This document shows, in pieces, positions 48,924 to 56,768 of a stretch of DNA of 64,000 nt (positions within the stretch are counted from its first letter, which is position 1; each line of letters opens with the position of its first letter). The notes below the pieces were generated by a model. It saw nothing but the letters and a program-made list of their open reading frames with translations. It did no database searches and had not been told where the DNA came from. Source of the DNA: an uncultured Bacteroidales bacterium (GTDB taxonomy: Bacteria; Bacteroidota; Bacteroidia; Bacteroidales; VadinHA17); assembly GCA_963719235.1 (NCBI GenBank), contig CAVRBS010000014.1, positions 64,688 through 128,687 of the forward strand. The letters are read 5' to 3'. The position numbers were made by a program, and so were the translations under genes.

Positions 48924-50831
48924 TCAGACAGAATAGACTCTCCTGGATGCAGCCTTCGCGAAATCATCTATCTGCCGCTGCATGTCGGTTTTTTGGTGGC
49001 TGACTGAATCCCCGGACTTCCAGACTATTCTGCCCAATGTCTGGATCAACATGTCGATATCTGATTCGCTGTTACCAATACCAATGCTAACCCTGGCGAG
49101 ACCGGGAAACCGTAACCAGGGTATGAGAATCGCTATCAGTCGTTGGAACCATTCCAGTGCAGGGGGAACACCGACAAGATGCTTGACTAAAATATGAGCG
49201 CAATGACAGCCGCATCGTATACCTATCCCACCCTGCTCAGCCAGTTCTCTGGCCACCCTGGGTGACAACATGCCCTTAAGGACAAATGAAATTACACCAC
49301 CCTTCCGGTCGAACCTGGGCGAGTTTGGATCTTTGATACCGTATATAGTCAGTCCGGGTACCTGTGCCAGTCCGTGAAGAGCATGTGCAGTCAGAGCCTG
49401 TTCTTCCTTTATTATCAGGTCCATGCCAATGCGCCGTAACAGCACGATCGCCTTTCCCAATGCGGCAATGCCACCTGCGTTTTCTTCACCTGAATGCCGT
49501 ATCATCTCCATCTCAGCCGGGCTGTAATTAAGGAGTCCCTTTCTTACTACAAGCACTCCGCTACCGAAGGGTGCATACACTTTATGGGCAGAAAAGGCGA
49601 GATAGTCAATACAGCATTCTTCCATATCAACCTTCCGGTGAGCGACCATCTGCGCCGCATCAACAAGCAGTCGTGCCCCATATTGGTGAGCGATACGGCT
49701 GATCTCCGCCATATCGTTAAATACACCGAGGACATTAGAAGCACCACAAACGGCCACAAGCCTGATACGTTTCTTCCCGTGCTGACACGCCTGATTATAA
49801 CTGTTCAGGACAGAATTTAGCTGTTTCAGGTTCACAAACCCCTCACTATCAATTGATAGCCTTATAAGAGGAAAATGGGTGGCAACGCGCCAGGGAAGAT
49901 CGTTGGAGGAATGTTCGAGGAGTGTAGCAAGCAAAACGGGCTCAGTATCCTGTTCAGAGTTACGACTTAGGCTTTCAGCTGCCAGGTTGATGGCTTCCGT
50001 AGTGTTAATAGTAAATATAATATCATAGTCAGTACCTGGTGCACCGAGGAACCCTGCGCATAGTGACCTGACCTCCTCATTTATCTCCTGCTGTACCTCA
50101 GGGGTCTGGTGCCATGTCTGGCGGACAGCCTCCCATACCGGCATGAATGTAGGTGTGCTGGCGCTGTTGTCGAGGTGTATATAAGGTCTGGGACCCAGGG
50201 TTGTAGGGATCAGTACGGTGCGGCCTATCAGAGTCTGCCTGAGCTCATTAATAAGCCCCCTGCCGGAGTAATTATCCAGTTCATCATGATAAAGAATTTT
50301 GTGTGCTGGCAAGCTGTCTGCGGATTTGTTCAGGAAGATATCCTTTCCGTACTGCCGGATCAGAAGCAGCGCTCTGGCAAACGCGATGACGTTAATGATT
50401 GCCGGCGTGCCAGCCTCGAACCTGTCCGGAGCATCAGCCCATACGACCCACTCAGGAGAGACAATCCTGGTCGTACCTCCTCCGGTCTGAAAGGGGGTGC
50501 CTTTAGGCAGTGCCTTTCTCTTAACAGCCAATGCTCTGACACCCAGTGGCAAACCTGTGTCGAAGCTTGAAACACTGTGATAATCCTTTGACTTCAGCAG
50601 CGCCTTAAGAGATGTTTCTCTTCTGGGTGTGCAGAAGATGACAACGTACCTGCCTTTGTCGAGACCCAGATGATCAAGGATAATATCCCTGGCCTGCTCG
50701 TACAAATACGTTGATACAACTGAGTTGTGACCGCTGCCGCGGTGAACGTTGGCATAAGTCTCCAGCGCAGCATGCACTCCCCGTTCCAGTTCCGGGAACT
50801 TATCCGGGTGGTCTCTTTTTATGCCTGTCAT
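48924..50831 (-). CDS. Aminotransferase class V-fold PLP-dependent enzyme (cysteine desulfurase/SufS-like), 635 aa with extra N-terminal module
   Basis: The core has HLDNSASTP, FTINTTEAINLA, LVDAAQMVAH and the PLP lysine in AFSAHKVYAPFG. The N-terminal ~175 aa repeat SufS-like end segments (ANVHRGSGHNS; GGGTTRIV...RFEAGTPAIINVIAFARAL). The start overlaps the stop of the upstream gene. Confidence 0.75.
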   Translation of the reverse strand: MTGIKRDHPDKFPELERGVHAALETYANVHRGSGHNSVVSTYLYEQARDIILDHLGLDKGRYVVIFCTPRRETSLKALLKSKDYHSVSSFDTGLPLGVRALAVKRKALPKGTPFQTGGGTTRIVSPEWVVWADAPDRFEAGTPAIINVIAFARALLLIRQYGKDIFLNKSADSLPAHKILYHDELDNYSGRGLINELRQTLIGRTVLIPTTLGPRPYIHLDNSASTPTFMPVWEAVRQTWHQTPEVQQEINEEVRSLCAGFLGAPGTDYDIIFTINTTEAINLAAESLSRNSEQDTEPVLLATLLEHSSNDLPWRVATHFPLIRLSIDSEGFVNLKQLNSVLNSYNQACQHGKKRIRLVAVCGASNVLGVFNDMAEISRIAHQYGARLLVDAAQMVAHRKVDMEECCIDYLAFSAHKVYAPFGSGVLVVRKGLLNYSPAEMEMIRHSGEENAGGIAALGKAIVLLRRIGMDLIIKEEQALTAHALHGLAQVPGLTIYGIKDPNSPRFDRKGGVISFVLKGMLSPRVARELAEQGGIGIRCGCHCAHILVKHLVGVPPALEWFQRLIAILIPWLRFPGLARVSIGIGNSESDIDMLIQTLGRIVWKSGDSVSHQKTDMQRQIDDFAKAASRRVYSV

Positions 50832-53008
50832 TCCGGCAGATTGAGCCTGCTGACCATATCCTTAAACCGGGGGTCGTCCCACAATATCTTCAGATTATTG
50901 TCATACCTTATCCATGGAATAAAATCCTGATGCATCCTGTAGGCTTCCTCGAGGAAATAGATTGCTTTATCCTTATCTTCCAGTGCGGCATAAATTTCGG
51001 CAAGTCCCCATACATTCCATGAATCAAGGTTTTTCTCCATCTCAGATGCAACCCCGATCGCATTCTCTTTCTGTCCGGCTCTGGCATATGCAATCCCAAG
51101 TCCCAAATTATAGCCTTCGGCAATCTCAAGTCCCTTTTTATGAATTTCGATAGCTTCAGAATACCTGCCCAACTCAGCATATGCTGATCCTTTCACATAA
51201 TAAGCCATGACATAGTTTGGGTCTAGCTGAAGAGTCTTATCAGCTTCGATAATTGCCTCCTCGTTATGGCCCATCCATAAATAGAGCCAGCTAAGATAAC
51301 CCTGCATCAACGGATCGGTAGGGTCAATCTCAATAGCGGTCCTCATAGCTTTTGTTGCTTTATCAACATTCCCCGAGAGAGTAAGAAACCATCCATAATG
51401 CGTAAAGGCTGTCGAGCTATTAGGATTTAGTTCCATAGCACGTTTCAAGTGATATTCAGCTTTAGCAAAATCCCATTCAGTGTAGAGATATCTTGTAGCA
51501 AGAACGACATGGGCATCAGCCATTGTTGAATCAAGCTCAAGGGCTTTCAGGGCATATGCTTTTGCCCTTTTGGAGGCTTCCTCTCCGATGCCTGCAGCGT
51601 GACCGCCTTCAGTGTATCCGATGGCAAGTTTAATATAAGGCAGCGGATTGGCCGGATCAATGGCCATAGCATCATTAAGATACTTTACACCCATCTGAAA
51701 TCCCTCGGGAGTCAGCTGACTCATATAATATTCACCGCGGGCGCAGGCTTTCAGGAGCTCGGGGTCCACGTACTTTTTCCCTGTGATCATGCTCTCTTCC
51801 CGGGGAGTGAGTTTGACCTTTACGCCATCGAGGATACGATTTAATATCTCGGGATATATGCCTGCCAGCTCCTTCCATGGCAGGCTGAAAGAAGAGCTCC
51901 AGATGTACTTTTCCTCAGGAAATGCTTCAACCAGCCGTACTTCCACGCGCAGGTTATCTTCACTGCCCCTGATTGATGATTCGACAATATGGTTAACACT
52001 GAGTTTTTTGGCTATCTGCTGAACGGATTCTTCACTATCCCTGAATTGCATAGTTGACTGTTTAGGTCTTACGACCAACCCGCTTACGGTATTTAGCGGA
52101 CCTATTATGTCGTCCTGAATTGTTTGGGGGATCCAGCCAAGATCAGGATTGCCGGTGAGGTTAGCGACAGGCATGATCGCTATTGCTTTTCTTACAGCAT
52201 CTTCTTCCTGTGTCTGGTTCTTCGATTTCCTCAGCCATCCGGGCCAGATGAGCAGCAAAATTGCCAGAGCGGCCACAGCCAGCAATGGCAGGATTTTGGA
52301 TGAAACTGTCCTTCTCCGGGCAGGGCCAACCTGAATAAAAGGCTTGCGGACGGCGGTGTGATCAGCCTGCTCCCTGGTCTGATAGGTTCTGGTTGCTCTT
52401 TTCTTCTCATCTGGGTGCACGCTGTAGATTATCTCCTTTATCGTATTTGCTACCTTGTTGATCTGGTCACGATAAAAAGTCCTATTAAGGTTCTTGTCAG
52501 GATTGTCAGAGGGAGTAAGCGGACGGTTCACGCCCGAGGCACTGTAGATAAAATCAATTGAACGGAGCCTGCCGCCCAGTTCTCTTTCAATGAGCTCTGT
52601 ATCTGACGTATCGAGCTCATGGATCTTAACAGGGATAATCCTGCTGCAGACGTTGCCTCCCGCCAGTTTAACATCTCTTCCGAGCTGGTCCCCGCCTGCC
52701 ATCTTGTTGAAAGCGACAAACTCATTCTGCCAGGCAAAGCTTTTGGGGTCACAATAGGTTTGTGAAATTACCGGAACAAAGACCAGTGACCTGAGTTTTG
52801 CCTCAAGGCTTTTATCCACATTATGGATCTCAAGCAGCCCGTCGGAGGGATTTTCGTCAAAATAGATTGAGACATCTTCCTTGAAAGTCGCATCAAGCTC
52901 TCTTTTCAGGTTGTCGACGAACTCGGTCACCCAGCCGTCGTACTTGTTGTCTTTCTGGCGATAGCTGATGAAGATGTCATACTCATAGCCAGGGATAATG
53001 CTTGCCAT
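50828..53008 (-). CDS. TIR domain - transmembrane - TolB-N-like - TPR repeat protein
   Basis: It has YEYDIFISYRQKDNKYDGWV...FVPVISQTY...SFAWQNEF (a TIR domain with a conserved Glu), the helix ILPLLAVAALAILLLIW, AIAIMPVANLTGNPD...LRVEVRLVEA, and then multiple TPRs to the C-terminus. Confidence 0.8.
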   Translation of the reverse strand: MASIIPGYEYDIFISYRQKDNKYDGWVTEFVDNLKRELDATFKEDVSIYFDENPSDGLLEIHNVDKSLEAKLRSLVFVPVISQTYCDPKSFAWQNEFVAFNKMAGGDQLGRDVKLAGGNVCSRIIPVKIHELDTSDTELIERELGGRLRSIDFIYSASGVNRPLTPSDNPDKNLNRTFYRDQINKVANTIKEIIYSVHPDEKKRATRTYQTREQADHTAVRKPFIQVGPARRRTVSSKILPLLAVAALAILLLIWPGWLRKSKNQTQEEDAVRKAIAIMPVANLTGNPDLGWIPQTIQDDIIGPLNTVSGLVVRPKQSTMQFRDSEESVQQIAKKLSVNHIVESSIRGSEDNLRVEVRLVEAFPEEKYIWSSSFSLPWKELAGIYPEILNRILDGVKVKLTPREESMITGKKYVDPELLKACARGEYYMSQLTPEGFQMGVKYLNDAMAIDPANPLPYIKLAIGYTEGGHAAGIGEEASKRAKAYALKALELDSTMADAHVVLATRYLYTEWDFAKAEYHLKRAMELNPNSSTAFTHYGWFLTLSGNVDKATKAMRTAIEIDPTDPLMQGYLSWLYLWMGHNEEAIIEADKTLQLDPNYVMAYYVKGSAYAELGRYSEAIEIHKKGLEIAEGYNLGLGIAYARAGQKENAIGVASEMEKNLDSWNVWGLAEIYAALEDKDKAIYFLEEAYRMHQDFIPWIRYDNNLKILWDDPRFKDMVSRLNLPE

Positions 53009-53056
53009 TGCAGTGTTTTTATTAAAAGAACGTTATTGTAAAGTCTTAATGTCAGT

Positions 53057-53088
53057 CAAATTTAAACCTTAATACCTTTAAAGTCAAG
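53057..53088 (-). promoter_or_regulatory. Candidate promoter of the TIR gene (TTGAC-N18-TAAATTTG)
   Basis: On the minus strand, TTGAC lies at 53087-53083 and TAAATTTG at 53064-53057, 49 nt upstream of ATG 53008. Confidence 0.4.
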
Positions 53089-53096
53089 CTGCGGAT

Positions 53097-53170
53097 GATC
53101 CGGCGGGCAAAACTTTTATGACTGTCAGATCCGGCGGGCAAAACTATTGTGACTGTCAGATCAGGCAGCA
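53097..53170. repeat. 31-nt tandem direct repeat, two full units plus a partial third
   Basis: Unit 1 is gatccggcgggcaaaacttttatgactgtca (53097-53127). Unit 2 is gatccggcgggcaaaactattgtgactgtca (53128-53158). A partial third, gatcaggcagcag, follows. Confidence 0.9.
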
Positions 53171-53174
53171 GATT

Positions 53175-53939
53175 TTACTGGAACAGGCTGCCGAGTACCG
53201 AGCCGGCCTCCTTGCCCTTGTTCCTGCCCATGGGTGCCAGGGCTCTTATCAGCTTGCGTATGGGCATCGACTGGAGCCATACCTTACCGGTGCCTCTCAT
53301 GGTAGCGAGGAATAATCCTTCACCGCCAAAAACCATCGATTTGAGGCTGCCGGTGGTCTCGATATCAAAATCGAGTGACGGCTCAAAAGCAACGACGCAC
53401 CCGGTGTCTATGCGGAGGGTCTCATTGTTCAGCTGTTTCTCTATTACCGTACCTCCGGCGTGGATGAAAGCTCTCCCGTCTCCCTCAAGCTTCTGGAGGA
53501 TGAAACCTTCGCCTCCGAGTATACCCGACCCTATCTTCTTGTTCAGGGTGACAGTCAGTTTTGTGCCAAAGGCAGCGCACAGGAAGCCATCTTTCTGCAC
53601 AAGAAGGGAGTTCCTGACTTCCCTGAGATCGACCGGTATGATCGTCCCGGGATAAGGAGCTGCAAAGGCCACCTTGCTTTTTCCGCTTCCCTTGTTTGTA
53701 AAGTGGGTCAGGAAAAGAGATTCACCGGTAAGCACGCGCGATCCGGCCTGGAGAAGTTTTCCCATCACTCCCTGTTCCGCCGAGGCGCCGTCACCCATCC
53801 TGGCTTCGAAAGTTATTCCCTGCTCCATGTAAACCATGGTGCCTGCCTCGGCTATGACCGTCTCGTTAGGATCGAGCTCGACCTCAACAAACTGAATGTC
53901 ATCGCCAATAATTTTGTAATCTAATTCATGTGATATCAT
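53175..53939 (-). CDS. AIM24/TIGR00266 (DUF124) family protein
   Basis: [38 protein letters not shown]...[23 protein letters not shown]...[13 protein letters not shown]. Confidence 0.85.
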   Translation of the reverse strand: MISHELDYKIIGDDIQFVEVELDPNETVIAEAGTMVYMEQGITFEARMGDGASAEQGVMGKLLQAGSRVLTGESLFLTHFTNKGSGKSKVAFAAPYPGTIIPVDLREVRNSLLVQKDGFLCAAFGTKLTVTLNKKIGSGILGGEGFILQKLEGDGRAFIHAGGTVIEKQLNNETLRIDTGCVVAFEPSLDFDIETTGSLKSMVFGGEGLFLATMRGTGKVWLQSMPIRKLIRALAPMGRNKGKEAGSVLGSLFQ

Positions 53940-54011
53940 AGGATAGAGATTTAAGTGCCGGACGTTTTATTTTGTAACGAAGTTAGGTCTATCGTATGAG
54001 AAAATCAAAAA

Positions 54012-54140
54012 AAAGGAGAAAGGAGAAAGGAGAAAGTCTGAAGGTCTGAGAGTCAGGAGAATTTGCGATTTGCGATTTGCGAATTGCGAATTAGCTGATT
54101 CTCAAATTCTTAATTCTAAATTCTTAATTCTTAATTCCTC
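54012..54140. repeat. Mosaic of four different 7-8-nt tandem arrays in a divergent intergenic spacer
   Basis: The blocks are (aaggaga)x3 at 54012-54034, gtctgaag/gtctgaga/gtcaggaga, (atttgcg)x3 plus (aattgcg)x1-2 at 54061-54092, and (attcttaa / ttctaaa) units at 54100-54140. Confidence 0.9.
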
Positions 54141-54259
54141 ACTGCTGCCTGCCCTCCAATCTGACAGCTCCCTATCCCGATATACCATGTCGGGACGTTA
54201 CGGTCGCTTCACTATTGCCAATTGCCTGTTTATTTATAACTTTAGCCCATTCGGGAGCT

Positions 54260-55003
54260 ATGAACGTAAACGAAATCAAATCGAAGACAATACTCTCTGC
54301 ATCAAAGATTTATGATTATGTTATAAATCCATATGTGGGGTGCCAGCATGGTTGCTCTTACTGTTATGCACGGTATATTAAAAGATTCAGCGGGCATCTG
54401 GAGCCGTGGGGACTGTTTGCCGATGTCAAAATCAATGCCCCTGAGCTGCTCCGTAAAGAGATTACAAAGAAGAAACGCGGCAGGGTATGGATAAGCGGGT
54501 TGTGTGATCCCTACCAGCCCCTGGAACTTAAATACGAACTGACAAGAAAGTGCCTCGAGATACTTGCAGCCAACGAATGGCCGGTAACGATACAGACCCG
54601 CTCACCGCTTGTGCTCCGTGATCTGGATATCCTCAAGGGTGCAAAGGACCTTGAAGCTGGACTAACCATCACCACGGCTGACGATAAGATCAGGCGATTG
54701 TTCGAACCGTATGCGACGTCAGTGGAAGACCGTCTTGACACGCTGGAAGAGTTACATCTGAACGGCATCAGGACATACGCAATGATTGCACCCGTGCTTC
54801 CCGGAGCTGAAGGGCTCGCCGAAGCCCTGGCCGGCAAAGTCGATCATATCATCATCGACCGGATGAATTATCACTATGCCGACTGGATCTACAGTAAAAA
54901 CAGGATGGACACTGCCCTGTCAGACGAATACTTCCGGAAGGTAAGCACAGAGATTGCAGATGGATGCAAAAAATCAGGGATAACATGTAATGTTGTGTAT
55001 TAA
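54260..55003 (+). CDS. Radical SAM protein (SplB/COG1533-like)
   Basis: ORF 54215..55003, with preferred start ATG 54260 (MNVNEIKSKTIL). It has the CxxxCxxC cluster in YVGCQHGCSYCYARY. Confidence 0.75.
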   Translation: MNVNEIKSKTILSASKIYDYVINPYVGCQHGCSYCYARYIKRFSGHLEPWGLFADVKINAPELLRKEITKKKRGRVWISGLCDPYQPLELKYELTRKCLEILAANEWPVTIQTRSPLVLRDLDILKGAKDLEAGLTITTADDKIRRLFEPYATSVEDRLDTLEELHLNGIRTYAMIAPVLPGAEGLAEALAGKVDHIIIDRMNYHYADWIYSKNRMDTALSDEYFRKVSTEIADGCKKSGITCNVVY

Positions 55004-55197
55004 AAATTAGTAGGCGACTGCCTCACATTATCCTGCTGCTGACAATTTGCTCTGGCATTACTGCCAATATATTCACCCAGCCATATTATGTGGCCTTTAA
55101 CGGCACTGACACTAACAACGGTACGCTGGGCAGTCCTTTTCGTACCATTGAAAAAGCCGTGAGCGTGGTTCATTTGCTGTTTCGACAGCTTGACTAA
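55003..55197 (+). pseudogene. Orphan N-terminal fragment of a right-handed beta-helix (DUF1565-like) secreted protein
   Basis: An open frame without ATG/GTG/TTG reads ...LPHIILLLTICSGITANIFTQPYYVAFNGTDTNNGTLGSPFRTIEKAVSVV and then terminates at TAA 55195-55197. YYV-x-NG-x-D-x-N-x-GT-x2-PF-x-TI is the usual start of such proteins. Confidence 0.4.
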
Positions 55198-55313
55198 GGA
55201 CAATATTCTTCGTAAATTTGATATGCCTGAGCAGGGAAAGAACCTGCCCATCGATTTGAGATTCCGGTAGCAGGAGAAATCATATCTAAAACTTATAAGC
55301 GGAGGCTAATATC

Positions 55314-56225
55314 ATGAAAACAAGAAGTTCCTTTTCAGGATTGATCTTTTTTGTCATCATTATCATTGGCGCAGTATTTACATATCTCAGTTATAATGCG
55401 CAAAACGTGACAGGAGCCATATGGATCGGAGTGATCACCTTTGTGGTTGCCCTCATCGTTTCATCTGCAATAAAGATTGCAGATCAATGGGAAAAGGCAG
55501 TGGTGTTACGGTTAGGTAAATTCCATTCACTAAGGGGTCCGGGATTGTTTTTCATTATACCGATAGTAGATACCGTAGCTTACTGGATTGACCTGCGCGT
55601 CATAAATACTACTTTCACGGCGGAAAAAACTCTTACAAAAGATACTGTGCCTGTTGATGTGGACGCAGTACTGTTCTGGAAAGTTATTGATGCCAAGAAA
55701 GCAGCTCTTGAAATAGCTGAATATAAGAGCGCAATAAACTGGGCCTCACAAACAGCACTGCGTGATGTTATCGGCAAGACGATGCTCTCGGAGATGCTGG
55801 AAGGCAGAGATAAAATGAGTCATATACTGCAGAAGATAATTGATGAACGTACCGAACCCTGGGGAATAAATGTAATATCCGTGGAGGTCAAAGATGTCAA
55901 TATTCCCTCTGCACTGCAGGATGCTATGTCAATGCAGGCCCAGGCAGAGAGAGAACGCCAGGCAAGGGTGATCCTGGGCGATTCTGAACGACAGGTGGCA
56001 GAGAAGTTCGGAGAAGCTGCCAAAACATACCATGATGATCCTGTTGCACTTCACCTGAGGGCAATGAACATGCTTTATGAAGGTCTGAAGACCAACTCAA
56101 CAATAGTTATAGTTCCCAGCTCAGCTCTTGAGACCATGCAGTTAGGTGGCCTGGCAGGGATTTCCGCCTTAACCATGGAACTGAATAAGCAGCCTAAGAA
56201 GAAAGAGAGTGAGCCCGGGAAATAG
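55314..56225 (+). CDS. SPFH/band-7 (stomatin/slipin-like) membrane protein
   Basis: It has an N-terminal hairpin helix, then QWEKAVVLRLGKF..RGPGLFFIIP..D...DLRV....F..E..TKD.VPV.VDAV..WKV, followed by a coiled coil. Confidence 0.85.
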   Translation: MKTRSSFSGLIFFVIIIIGAVFTYLSYNAQNVTGAIWIGVITFVVALIVSSAIKIADQWEKAVVLRLGKFHSLRGPGLFFIIPIVDTVAYWIDLRVINTTFTAEKTLTKDTVPVDVDAVLFWKVIDAKKAALEIAEYKSAINWASQTALRDVIGKTMLSEMLEGRDKMSHILQKIIDERTEPWGINVISVEVKDVNIPSALQDAMSMQAQAERERQARVILGDSERQVAEKFGEAAKTYHDDPVALHLRAMNMLYEGLKTNSTIVIVPSSALETMQLGGLAGISALTMELNKQPKKKESEPGK

Positions 56226-56282
56226 AGATTGACTGAACAACGATGCGAATGACGACTTAGAGACTAAGAGACAATGAAACAG

Positions 56283-56319
56283 CAGCGCCCCGATCTGCCA
56301 GCTGGCAGACGGGGCGCTG
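56283..56319. terminator. Long inverted repeat between convergent genes (bidirectional terminator candidate)
   Basis: cagcgccccgatctgccag / ctggcagacggggcgctg form an 18-bp stem with one bulged T. It lies 58 nt after the plus-strand gene and 27 nt after the minus-strand gene. Confidence 0.55.
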
Positions 56320-56345
56320 TGTCAAGGCAAAAGGTCTGAAAGATC

Positions 56346-56600
56346 TCAGCCCTTCATCAGGAGCTCTACTGCCTTATGCCAGTCGTCTGCCTGGGTGCCG
56401 GTTTCTCCGCGGCTGATACGCTGGTTGTATATCTCATAAGCCTTCATGCTTATCTCTTCAATAGTTGGTTCATGTTTCAGGGCTTTTACTTTGCTGCTCT
56501 TCACTGCTGTGCCTTTTGTCTCTTTGCTGCTCTTCACTGCTTTGACGGCCTTAGTCGTCTTCTTTGCCTTGCTGCTTGTCTTAGCTTCTGTTTTTTTCAT
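56346..56600 (-). CDS. DUF2934-domain protein with Lys/Ala/Thr/Ser-rich (histone H1-like) N-terminal tail
   Basis: KKTEAKTSSKAKKTTKAVKAVKSSKETKGTAVKSSKVKA is followed by EEISMKAYEIYNQRISRGETGTQADDWHKAVELL, the DUF2934 motif. Confidence 0.7.
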   Translation of the reverse strand: MKKTEAKTSSKAKKTTKAVKAVKSSKETKGTAVKSSKVKALKHEPTIEEISMKAYEIYNQRISRGETGTQADDWHKAVELLMKG

Positions 56601-56768
56601 TATTTCAAAATTTAATAATCCAATAAATGTATTTGAAGCGGCAAATTTACATCAAATATTCACAAGGGAATAACCGAAAGCTCACCATCATATATTAATG
56701 CACTCATTATTTGATCTTGACATCCCAATAAAACATTTGCAATTATGTAGAAAACTTTAGATGGAAAA

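Noticed and set aside
50828-53008. Calling the TIR protein a Thoeris ThsB or other known TIR defence component
   Set aside because: No ThsA (SIR2/Macro/SLOG) or other known partner is nearby. The membrane-TPR architecture differs from ThsB. I left it as an unclassified TIR module.
53097-53170. Possible CRISPR array (also considered for the arrays at 54012-54140 and 59921-59975)
   Set aside because: The repeats are directly adjacent with no unique spacers, the units are 7-31 nt, and no cas genes are in the window.
55000-55251. ORF-track minus-strand ORF of 83 aa
   Set aside because: The opposite strand carries a recognisable beta-helix N-terminal fragment. The minus-strand peptide has no features and no plausible promoter.
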